64,000 nt of DNA, from contig JBKBRF010000008.1 of the NCBI GenBank assembly GCA_046292385.1, forward strand, positions 32,001 to 96,000, written 5' to 3'. The notes below the pieces were generated by a model, which did not search any database, was not told the DNA's origin, and saw only the letters and a program-made list of their open reading frames with translations. Origin of the DNA: Armatimonadota bacterium. GTDB lineage: Bacteria; Armatimonadota; SYMT01. Shown piece by piece: positions 26,470-35,239 of this stretch; position 1 is the first letter of the stretch, and every line of letters starts with the position of its first letter. A program made the translations under genes and the position numbers.

Positions 26470-27942
26470 ATGCCGATCCTGATCTCGACCCGCCGCGGCC
26501 TCTACCTGGTAGAAGGCGACGACGTGCTCGCCTCGCTGGAGGAGGAGCGGGAGTTCCTGGCGCTCGCCGCCGCTCCCTCCGCGCCCGGCCTGTGCTACTC
26601 GGCGACCGCCGACGGGCAGGTCTACCGCTCCGGAGACGGCGGCGGTACCTGGGAGGCGGTAGGCGCCATTCCGGAGTACGTGGAGCTCTCCTCTCTCGCC
26701 GTCTCCCCGGAGGACCCGCACCACCTGCTCGCCGGAATGGAGCCGGCCGCCCTCTTCCGCAGCTCCGACGGCGGCCTCACCTGGAATGAGGACTCGGTGA
26801 TCCGCGGGATGTCGGAGACGAACGGGTGGTCGGTGCCGTGGAGCGAGGCCCTGGGGCACGTGCGGAACATCGCCGTCGACCCGCGGGAGCCGCGCCGGAT
26901 CTACCTCGCCATCGAAGTCGGCGGCGTGGTGCGTACCGAGGACGACGGCGCCACCTGGGAGAACGTGCGCGGCGGTATCCACGACGACGTCCACATGGTC
27001 GCCGTTGATCCGAGCGCCTTCGCGGGCGATTTTTCGCCGGAGACCGCGGCTGCGCTGCCGGACGTGCTGCTCCAGGGCAAGGTGATCACTCCGGAGCAGC
27101 TGGCGCGCGTCCGAGAGATCTCCGAGCGTGAGGGCACTCCAATCACGGATGTTCTCATCCGGCAAGGGGTAGAGCCGTTCGTGATCCTCCAGGCCACCGC
27201 GTTCCTCCACAACATGAAGGCGGTCGATCTGAAGCAGCATGCACCAGCGGAGGACGCTCTCGAGGAGATTTCTCCGGAAGTGGCGCGGCGCGAGCGTGTG
27301 GTTCCGATCCGAAGGGCGGGACAGGGCGACCACGAACAACTCATCTGTGCGGTGGACAGCCCCAATAAGTCTCTCGCCTGGCAGAATTTGCAGTGCCGGA
27401 GTCGCTTCTGGAAGGTGGGCGCGGTGCTAGCCTGGCCGGAGCAGATCAGCGAGATGCTGGACCGCTACTATCCGGCGCCCGCCGGCGAATCTGGGTCAGG
27501 CCCTCGCGACACTGGCTCGCCTCGCCTCTACGCTGCCACGCGGCACGGGTTCGGGATCAGCGAGGACTACGGGCGCTCCTGGCGGCGCGTCGACGGGTTC
27601 GAGGGACAGGGATACTCCCGGATGCTGGCGCTCCACCCGGGCCGGCCCGGGCGCGTCTTCGCGGCGGCGGCGACCGCCGGCCCGTCCAGCTTCAGCCGCC
27701 CTACCGGCGCCGAATGCGGGATCTTCCGTTCCGACGACGGCGGCGAGACCTGGGCGCATCTTTCCAACGGCATCCCGGCCTATTTCCGCGCCTACGTCGA
27801 CGCCATCGGCATCGACCCCGCCGATCCGGACCACGTGGCGCTTGGCGACGGCGAGGGGAACGTGTATGTCAGCCGGGACGGGGGTGGGAGCTGGCGGGAG
27901 ACGTTGAGTTTGCCGCCGATCCGGCGGTTGTTGATGCTTTGA
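26470..27942 (+). CDS. BNR/Asp-box (WD40-like) beta-propeller protein with an internal MshEN/T2SSE_N-like insertion
   Basis: Six S/TxDxGxT/SW Asp-boxes; ~165-aa insert resembling the GspE/PilB N-terminal domain. Confidence 0.8.
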   Translation: MPILISTRRGLYLVEGDDVLASLEEEREFLALAAAPSAPGLCYSATADGQVYRSGDGGGTWEAVGAIPEYVELSSLAVSPEDPHHLLAGMEPAALFRSSDGGLTWNEDSVIRGMSETNGWSVPWSEALGHVRNIAVDPREPRRIYLAIEVGGVVRTEDDGATWENVRGGIHDDVHMVAVDPSAFAGDFSPETAAALPDVLLQGKVITPEQLARVREISEREGTPITDVLIRQGVEPFVILQATAFLHNMKAVDLKQHAPAEDALEEISPEVARRERVVPIRRAGQGDHEQLICAVDSPNKSLAWQNLQCRSRFWKVGAVLAWPEQISEMLDRYYPAPAGESGSGPRDTGSPRLYAATRHGFGISEDYGRSWRRVDGFEGQGYSRMLALHPGRPGRVFAAAATAGPSSFSRPTGAECGIFRSDDGGETWAHLSNGIPAYFRAYVDAIGIDPADPDHVALGDGEGNVYVSRDGGGSWRETLSLPPIRRLLML

Positions 27943-28000
27943 CGAGCTTTCAGTTGGGTCCGGTCCGGCTCTTGGATGCCCTACTCTCTTTTCGGGGAGG

Positions 28001-28604
28001 GCATCTCGCCGAGAATTCACCCCGTGCCCTCACCACCCGGAGCGGCCCTCCCGCGAGAATGGCCCTCCGCTGCCCTTTCACGCTCCGGCTTCGCCTCCGC
28101 TAGCGGGCGCTGCGGGCGTGCTGCCCAGAGCGTGCGCTTCGCGTCCGTCGGCTGCGGGTTGAGACAGCGCTGCGATTTACGGGCCACTCCGGGCGGCTCA
28201 AGCAGCCACCCCTATCGCCCGCAAGCGGGCACCCGGGGGTGGCCACAGGTGGAGCCTTCCGCCGCTGCCTACGGCAGCGCGTCCAGGCTCCTTCGGTAGC
28301 GTGAGCGAAGGCCTATCCCGTGGCGTTCGGAGGCGGAGCCGCAGGCTCTGCCGGAGGGCGGCAATTGTGACCACCCCTGGAGTGGCAGGGGTGGTAGCTC
28401 GACGGCGGCCGATTCAGCCCGTGAACTGGGCCTCTGTCACGGTAGCGCGCAGTGGCGCGGGAAGAGCGCAGCAGTACGCACTCCCGGAGCGGCCTGCTAG
28501 CGGAGGCGCAGCCGGAGCGTGAAAAGGCCGGCGGAGGGCACTCGCCGCGGGTGGGCTGAAGCGGCCGACTAGGGCTCGGGGTCGGGCCGCGGAATCGACG
28601 CTGC
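28001..28604 (+). repeat. Nested palindromic element, copy F (complete)
   Basis: All modules present; 116-nt core 28249-28364 closely matches the reverse complement of the G core. Confidence 0.92.
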
Positions 28605-28708
28605 CTCGCGGGAGCCATCAAGACTCCGAACTAATCACCCACCGTAGAGAACCGCGCCGGACTGAATGCCGTGAGTCCACACGGCCGGCCGCGAGCAAAT
28701 CCGAAGAC

Positions 28709-29029
28709 CTACTCCTCCTCATCCTCATCCGGCTCCACATTGCCGGAATCAGTGTAGGAGCTGATCTCCTCTCCGCGGAACACCGTCACCACGAAGTCTT
28801 CGCGGTCGAAGTGCGGCAGGTACGACGACACGATGTCGTCATCGATCTGCGTCAGCAGCTCTTCTTCGGAGGTCACGGAGAGGTCCGCTTCGAGGATCAT
28901 CGTGGCGTAGACCGTCTCGCCCTGGTAGTGCAGGTCGAGCTGCCCCACCCGGTTCTCCTCTTCCCAGATCATGTAGATCTCGGACGACTTCGTGCGAACC
29001 ACCCGGGTGAAGCGAAACCGTGCTTCCAT
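28709..29029 (-). CDS. Small acidic hypothetical protein
   Basis: AAGGA Shine-Dalgarno-like motif upstream; GC3-biased codons. Confidence 0.7.
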   Translation of the reverse strand: MEARFRFTRVVRTKSSEIYMIWEEENRVGQLDLHYQGETVYATMILEADLSVTSEEELLTQIDDDIVSSYLPHFDREDFVVTVFRGEEISSYTDSGNVEPDEDEEE

Positions 29030-29133
29030 GCGCCGTTCCTTTGTCCGAACCTCAATGCCGCCCCGCGGGCCGTCCCGGAGGCGAAGAGCCAGTGTACCGC
29101 GCCCCCGCGGCGCCGCGAATGCCCGGTGGAGTG

Positions 29134-29529
29134 CTACAGCTCGGTCTGGATGAGCTGGTAGCCCGTGGGCACGCGCACGTGTTCGACCGGCACCAGCCGG
29201 TCCGGGCGCACGGTGTAGTACGTCACCACCGTTACGAGCATATTCTGCGCCGTTTTCCCGTCTCGTGTCACGAGGCGCGGCTCCCGCGTGGCGACCACGA
29301 AGTGCATCGGGTCGAGCGGCTGCACGGAGATCGGCTGCGGCTCCACCGCCGCCGGCTGCGGCGGGTTCGTCACGCTCACGGTGGGCCCCGAAAGCGTCCC
29401 CACGCCGCCGATCGGCGGACCGAGCTGCTGCGCGGACGCCGGCCGCGCCGACCAGGCGACAAAACCGGCCGAGGCCGCGAGAGCGCCTGCGAGGGCGGCG
29501 GCGAGAAGCGGGAGGGAGCCGGACTTCAT
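29134..29529 (-). CDS. Secreted hypothetical protein
   Basis: Hydrophobic signal or anchor, then a Pro-rich linker and small beta domain. Confidence 0.65.
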   Translation of the reverse strand: MKSGSLPLLAAALAGALAASAGFVAWSARPASAQQLGPPIGGVGTLSGPTVSVTNPPQPAAVEPQPISVQPLDPMHFVVATREPRLVTRDGKTAQNMLVTVVTYYTVRPDRLVPVEHVRVPTGYQLIQTEL

Positions 29530-29775
29530 GGAGGGCCTCCAACGGTGAGGACTTCCGGCATGCGCCGGAGGGTTCCGAACATGCTAGCACGCGGCCGGCT
29601 TCGGGTCAATCCTGCCCTCTCTTGCACTGCAAGCGAGGTCGCAGCCTCGTCCGGTCGGCGTGCTCTATGTAAAGAGGTCGGTCGCCGCGGCGGGTGTCTT
29701 CCGCCGATAGGCAGGAGCAAGCCTCTTCGTCACGGGGGTTCGGAAGTCCGCACTCCGCCCTCTGCACTCCGTCCT

Positions 29776-30834
29776 TCAGCGCAGCAGTTCGAGTGCCCGG
29801 TCGGCGTTGCGCACTGCCTGCGCGCGGAGGTGCTCGGCGCGGGCTTCGCGGTCCTGGCGGCGGCGCTCGTCCTCTTCCAGGTAGGCCTCCAGCACCCGGC
29901 GCAGGTGGTCGGGATCGAGCTGGCCCGCGGTGCCGACTTTCGGCGCGCGGAGGCGGCCGAGGAGGGCGTCGACCTTCGGATCGTAGCTGATCCCGGCGAC
30001 GGGGACGGAGCGCGCGGCGGCGAAGATGAGGGCGTGGAGGCGCATGGCGACCACCGCGTCGGTCCACCCGGCGAGCGCCATCCACTCGCCGGGGCTCAGC
30101 GTCTCCCGCATCACCTGCATGCTCGGCAGGCGGCTCGCCAGCGCCTCGCACACCGGCAGGTCCTCCGCGCCGTAGAGCGGCCAGGCGTGCAGCGCCACCT
30201 CCCCCTCGAACCGGCCGAGCGCCGTTGCCAGCGGGTCGAGGATCCGCTCCACTCCCTCCCACGGGCGCAGAGAGACGGCGATGACGGGCCGGTGGAGCGC
30301 GGCGGCGGTCACGCGCTCGGTCACCTGCGGCTCCAGCGCGAAGACCGGGTCGGCGGTCACCTCCACCGACGGTCCCCGCACCCCGATCTCCTGGAGCAGC
30401 TCCGCGGAATCGGCGTCGCGGACGGTGATCGCGTCGACTCGCGAGAGCGTCTCGGCGGTCCAGCGGCGCGCGGCGGGGCGAACCAGCGGCCCGATCCCCT
30501 GGGCGAAGACCATCGTCCGCTTGCCCCAGAGCTTCGCCAGGCGGATCAGGAAGAGGTAGTAGATCAGTGACTTCAGGCTGGTGCGATCCTGCAGCAGGCT
30601 CCCGCCGCCGCTCAGGAACAGGCTGCACCGGCGGACGGCCGCCAGCGCCGCCGGGCTCATCCGCGGGGCCGCCTCGATGCCGAGAGCGTGGCGGGTTCCC
30701 GCCGGGTCCCCGCTCAGCGCTTCGAGGGTGAGGTCGGGCCGCCGCCCCCGCAGCATCCCCACGCTGGCGGCCAGCACCGCCTCGTCACCGGCATTTCCCA
30801 GCCCGTAATAGCCCGAAAAGAGGATTCGCCTCAT
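29776..30834 (-). CDS. csaB: Polysaccharide pyruvyl transferase CsaB
   Basis: 'SGYYGLGNAGDEA', 'GGGSLLQD.TS..S..YY', 'AQGIGP', 'MRLHALI', 'YDPKV'. Confidence 0.92.
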   Translation of the reverse strand: MRRILFSGYYGLGNAGDEAVLAASVGMLRGRRPDLTLEALSGDPAGTRHALGIEAAPRMSPAALAAVRRCSLFLSGGGSLLQDRTSLKSLIYYLFLIRLAKLWGKRTMVFAQGIGPLVRPAARRWTAETLSRVDAITVRDADSAELLQEIGVRGPSVEVTADPVFALEPQVTERVTAAALHRPVIAVSLRPWEGVERILDPLATALGRFEGEVALHAWPLYGAEDLPVCEALASRLPSMQVMRETLSPGEWMALAGWTDAVVAMRLHALIFAAARSVPVAGISYDPKVDALLGRLRAPKVGTAGQLDPDHLRRVLEAYLEEDERRRQDREARAEHLRAQAVRNADRALELLR

Positions 30835-30885
30835 CCACTCCCGCCCGTACTCTGCGTTTAGTTCGCGCTTCTTATGCTGTCGAAT

Positions 30886-30970
30886 GGAAGAGTGGGCGAG
30901 ACGGAGAGTGGGGGAAACCGCTCGCGGTGGGTTCGAATCCCCCACTCGCCCACTCCCCCTTGCACCCACT
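30886..30970. repeat. Inverted 8-mer (GAGTGGGN) degenerate tandem array
   Basis: GAGTGGGCGAG..GAGTGGGGGA paired with TCCCCCACTCGCCCACTC. Confidence 0.6.
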
Positions 30971-31014
30971 CCAATCCGGAAGAAGTAATTCCACGCGGCA
31001 AGAGCGCGGCCCGG

Positions 31015-33006
31015 CTAGCGCCGGAGCGCTCCCGCCCAGGGCCGCACCGGCGCGGAGAGCCACTGCCACACCACGACGAGCAGGATCCCGAGCAGGCCGC
31101 CGGTCCAGAGCCCGTTGAGCGTCCGGAGCAGCGTTACCTTCAGTGGGGAGTGGAGATGGCAGAACGAGTTGAGCATGCCGACCTGTCCGATGATCCCCAC
31201 CAGCAGCAGCGGGAGCGCCCAGAGCCGCCACTGGGGCCGCGCCGCCATCGCCAGGGAGAGCAGCAGCGCCGGGTGTCCGATCAGGAACTCCTTGGTGCGC
31301 GGGCGCACCCCCACCACGCGGTCGAGCAGCGAGCGGAACCGCAGCTCCAGCTCGGAGACGCCGACGCCCGGATCGTTGCCGGAGCGCGCGAGCAGCAGCG
31401 CCAGCGCCACGATACCGACCAGGATCGCCACCGCGTGCCAGACGCGGACCGGCTCGGAGAAGAAGCCGCGGAGTCGCGCGGTGACGCTCCGTCCCTCTTC
31501 CGAGAGCGAGGGGTAGAGACCGGTAAGGCCGGTCAGGTAGATCGCGCCGACCAGCAGCAGCGGGAGGGCGGTCGCCGCCTTGATGCCGACGAACTGCTCC
31601 GTCTTCACCAGGTAGGAGAGCTCGGAGAGCTGTGCGGCGACCATCAGCGCGCCGACCAGCGTCACCAGGGAGATGGCGGCGAACTCCGCCACGGCGGGCA
31701 CCACCGCCTCCGTCCGCTCTCGCACCGCCGCGTGCTCGTGCTCCTCGAACGCTCCCAGCGGCTGCGGGAAGAGCACGAAGGCGAGGGTCGGGAAGACAAT
31801 CGCCCCGGTCAGCGCCATCAGCTCCGGGCCGAGGTGGACCGGAGCGGCGCCCAGGGCCGCCCCGCCGAGTCCGAGCAGCGCCGCCGCGACCGCCTGCTGC
31901 GTCCGGGAGAGGACGAACACGCCGGCCAGCAGCAGCGCCGCGCCGGCCGCGATCCCGAGGCCAATCAGGCCGCCGAAGAGGGCGCGGAGGCCGGCGCTCT
32001 CCCAGACCTGGGTAAAAGGAATCGGTGCACCGAGCCCGAAGCCGGCGCGCACGGTTTGGCGGGAGAGGCGCTGGACGTAGTCGACGCTGTCCGCGAACGT
32101 CTGCTTCGTCACCGCGTCCGGCAGCCGCACGTAGTTGAGCCGGATATTCCGCTCCACCGCCGCGCGCACGTACCGCTCGATCGCGTCTTCCGGGGTGATC
32201 CGCGCCATCTCGGCCGGGCTGATCGAGTGGACCCGCACCAGCCGCTCCTCCAGGCGGGCGGAGAGGCCGGCGTCGCCGCGCTGCTTCCCGAGCTCGATGG
32301 TGCCGTAGAGCAGCCCCATGTCTTCAAAGAGGCGGGCGGTCTCCTCGATCAGCCCGCGGAAGCCGAGCACCTCGTCGCCCGCGAAGATGAAGGTGGTGGC
32401 GCCGAGCTGCTTCGCCCGCCAGAGCTTCCACTGGAGCGACGGCGCGGTGAGCCCGGGCGGGTTGTAGACGCGGGCGATCGGCTCCAGTCCCGCCGCGCGG
32501 ACCTCCCCCGCCGTGAGCGGGTCGATCCCCACCGGCGTGCCGCGCACGTCTTCCCAGCGTCCGAGGACGTAGATCCGGCCCCCGCCGAAGCCGGGGAAGG
32601 AGACGCGGTCGCCGGCGATCGGCTGCTCCGTGGCGCCGCCCACCAGCCGGCTCACGTGGTCGCCCACCTGCTCCGCCAGCTCGGGTGGGAGCCCTTCCAC
32701 CACGTACTCGCGACCGTCCGGCCGCTCCACCGCGCGCACCCGCAGCAGGCCGTCCAGCTCCAGGCCGGCCAGCGTGTCTTCCGTGAGCGCGATCCCGGTG
32801 ATTCCGGCCGCCTTGAAGCGCCGGTAGGCCTCCGGCAGCGGGACCCCGGTCGCGCTGGCGAGCCCCCGCAGATCGGCGTGGTCGAGCACCAGCGAGACGG
32901 CGCGGCTCCGGGCCTCGACGCCGTAGCGCTGGGTGAGGGTGGCGAGCGACGCGACGAAGCCGACGAACAGGAAGAGGAGCGGCAGCCAGTGGAAGCGGCG
33001 AAGCAT
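31015..33006 (-). CDS. DUF5693-like membrane protein (csaB-associated)
   Basis: 'RVHSI', 'RAAVERNIR', 'F.GIK', 'RPRTKEFLIGHP', 'NSFCHLHSP'. Confidence 0.82.
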   Translation of the reverse strand: MLRRFHWLPLLFLFVGFVASLATLTQRYGVEARSRAVSLVLDHADLRGLASATGVPLPEAYRRFKAAGITGIALTEDTLAGLELDGLLRVRAVERPDGREYVVEGLPPELAEQVGDHVSRLVGGATEQPIAGDRVSFPGFGGGRIYVLGRWEDVRGTPVGIDPLTAGEVRAAGLEPIARVYNPPGLTAPSLQWKLWRAKQLGATTFIFAGDEVLGFRGLIEETARLFEDMGLLYGTIELGKQRGDAGLSARLEERLVRVHSISPAEMARITPEDAIERYVRAAVERNIRLNYVRLPDAVTKQTFADSVDYVQRLSRQTVRAGFGLGAPIPFTQVWESAGLRALFGGLIGLGIAAGAALLLAGVFVLSRTQQAVAAALLGLGGAALGAAPVHLGPELMALTGAIVFPTLAFVLFPQPLGAFEEHEHAAVRERTEAVVPAVAEFAAISLVTLVGALMVAAQLSELSYLVKTEQFVGIKAATALPLLLVGAIYLTGLTGLYPSLSEEGRSVTARLRGFFSEPVRVWHAVAILVGIVALALLLARSGNDPGVGVSELELRFRSLLDRVVGVRPRTKEFLIGHPALLLSLAMAARPQWRLWALPLLLVGIIGQVGMLNSFCHLHSPLKVTLLRTLNGLWTGGLLGILLVVVWQWLSAPVRPWAGALRR

Positions 33007-33121
33007 GGATGGTTGACCGGTGAGGCGGATCCGGCAGCGTCCGGAATGCGGCAACGGGCCGCGGCCTCCTCACCAGTGTAGCATCCCACGCCGGAAGTTC
33101 AGAGCCGGTCCGAGTCGGCCT

Positions 33122-33898
33122 CTACCGCCAATCGGTATTGTCGTAGCGGCGGCGGTAGCCGCCGTAGCCCTGATCGCCGCGGCTGTACTCCTCGTGACGG
33201 TGGACCACTCCCAGCAGCCGCCCCAGCACCACCCCCGTCACGAATCCGCCCACGTGCGCCGCGTATGCCACTCCGCCCGCGTTCTGCCCTCCCAGGGCGG
33301 TGGCGCCGCGGATGAACTCCAGCACGAACCAGAAGCCGAGCACGATCCACGCCGGCAGGGCCCGGGTGAACCAGATGAAGCCCAGCGGGATCAAGGCGAT
33401 GACCCGGCTGCCCGGGAAGAGCACCAGGTAGGCGCCCAGCACGCCGCCGATGGCGCCGGAAGCGCCGACCATCGGGATCGTGTCGCCGGGTCCGGTGGCG
33501 ATCTGCGCCGCCGCCGCCACGGCTCCGGCGAAGAGGTAGAAGAGGACGTACTTCACCTTTCCCATGGAGTCCTCGACGTTATTGCCGAAGATCCAGAGGA
33601 ACCACATGTTGCCGATGATGTGCATCCACCCGCCGTGCATGAACATGGAGGTGAGCAGCGTGATCGGCGCGGGATTCAGGTTTTGCACCACCTCCCCGGG
33701 CGGCAGTCCCAACTGGCGCCCGCCGTAGGCGTTGTCCGCCCCCTGCAGCAGCTCCGCCGGAATGAGGCCGAAGCGGATGACGGAGGTCTCCAGCCCGATC
33801 GAGAGCTGGTACAGAAAGACCAGCACGTTGATCAGGATCAGCGCGATCGTGACCACCGGCGTGGACCGGGTCGGGTTATCGTCATGCAGGGGGAGCAT
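33122..33898 (-). CDS. Rhomboid family intramembrane serine protease
   Basis: 'HGGWMHIIGNM', 'GASG', 'AHVGGF'. Confidence 0.93.
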   Translation of the reverse strand: MLPLHDDNPTRSTPVVTIALILINVLVFLYQLSIGLETSVIRFGLIPAELLQGADNAYGGRQLGLPPGEVVQNLNPAPITLLTSMFMHGGWMHIIGNMWFLWIFGNNVEDSMGKVKYVLFYLFAGAVAAAAQIATGPGDTIPMVGASGAIGGVLGAYLVLFPGSRVIALIPLGFIWFTRALPAWIVLGFWFVLEFIRGATALGGQNAGGVAYAAHVGGFVTGVVLGRLLGVVHRHEEYSRGDQGYGGYRRRYDNTDWR

Positions 33899-33963
33899 CT
33901 TGTTCTCGAATAGCTGCTGATCCTGAGGGGCCGTCCGCCGCCCGCTCGCACACCGAGCCTATT

Positions 33964-35073
33964 CTACCCGGCACCCTCCACGGGCAACCGCGGGAGGCGC
34001 GCCGCCAGCCGCGTGAGCACCTCGTAGGGGATCGTCGCTGCCAGGTCTGCGATCTCCTGGGCGGTGATCTCCTCGTCCCCCTGCCGCCCCAGGAACACCG
34101 CTTCTTCGCCCACCTCCACCGGCGGCAGGTCGGTGACGTCGAGCAGCACCTGGTCCATGCAGACCCGCCCGCGGATCGGGACGCGCGTGCCCCGCACCAG
34201 GGCGGAGCCGCGGTTCGCCAGCGCCCACGGCAGGCCGTCCGCATAGCCGATCGGCGCCAGCGCCAGGCGCGAGGGCCTCTCGGTGGTCCAGGTGGCGCCG
34301 TAACTTACGGAGCGGCCGGCGGGGAGCTCACGCACCTGCACGATCCGGGCCTTGACGGAGGCGACCGGCCGCAGGGGGAACGGCAGCGCGCGCCGGGCCG
34401 GGGGGACGCCGTAGGTCACGAGGCCGCCGCGCACCCAATCGAGCCGCGCGGGCGGGAACCAGATGGCGGCGGCGCTGTTGGCGGCGTGCAGCACCGGTCG
34501 CGGCTTCCAGCGGCCTACTTCCTCCGCCACCGGCCGGAACCGCTCCCACTGCGCTTCGGTGACGGAGAGATCCTCGTCATCCGCGCAGGCGAAGTGGGTC
34601 AGCACGCCCCCCAGCTCCAACCCGGGGCTCTCCACCACGCGGCGGCAGAACGCGATCGCGTCCTCCGGCTCGATCCCGACGCGGGACATGCCGGTGTCGA
34701 CCTTCACGTGGACCGGCACGGGGCGGCCGTGTCGTCGCGCCGCGGCGGAGAGGGCGGCGAGCAGCTCGGGGCGGGTGACGACCGGCTCCAGGCGGTGCTC
34801 CAGCAGGAGGTCGGCCTGCTCCTCCAGGGAGAGGCCCAGCACCAGGATCCGGCCCGGATGGCCCGCGGAGCGCAGCTCGGCGCCCTCTTCCGGGAGAGCG
34901 ACCGCCACCCCGGGGCAGCCCGCCTCCAGCGCCGCGCGGGCCGTGAGGTGAAGACCGTGGCCGTAGCCATTCGCCTTGATCACGGCGAGAACCGGCCGGT
35001 CGCAGTGGCGGCTCAGCGCGCGGAGGTTGGCGCGATACGCGCCGAGGTCGACCTCCACCCACGCTGCCCGCAT
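33964..35073 (-). CDS. alr: Alanine racemase
   Basis: PLP-lysine motif 'AVIKANGYGHG', 'KVDTGMSRVG', 'GYADG', 'GRVCMD'. Confidence 0.96.
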   Translation of the reverse strand: MRAAWVEVDLGAYRANLRALSRHCDRPVLAVIKANGYGHGLHLTARAALEAGCPGVAVALPEEGAELRSAGHPGRILVLGLSLEEQADLLLEHRLEPVVTRPELLAALSAAARRHGRPVPVHVKVDTGMSRVGIEPEDAIAFCRRVVESPGLELGGVLTHFACADDEDLSVTEAQWERFRPVAEEVGRWKPRPVLHAANSAAAIWFPPARLDWVRGGLVTYGVPPARRALPFPLRPVASVKARIVQVRELPAGRSVSYGATWTTERPSRLALAPIGYADGLPWALANRGSALVRGTRVPIRGRVCMDQVLLDVTDLPPVEVGEEAVFLGRQGDEEITAQEIADLAATIPYEVLTRLAARLPRLPVEGAG

Positions 35074-35124
35074 GCCGCTCCGCCTCCGCCCTCGTCTTAA
35101 CCACGGATGGTGAGGCGCTCCGGC

Positions 35125-35235
35125 GGGGCCTCACCCCCAACCCCTCTCCTGCGAGGAGAGGGGAGCTCTCGGTGGGATGCCGCGGCCAAACCGGGTCTCC
35201 CAACCTGCAACCTGCCAAGTTGCCAACCTGAAACC
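35125..35235. repeat. CCTCACCCCC..CCCTCTCC..GGAGAGGG hairpin repeat plus a (CAACCTG)n array
   Basis: Same hairpin motif at 41721-41844 and 54341-54450; heptamers at 35200-35235. Confidence 0.75.
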
Positions 35236-35239
35236 GGGG

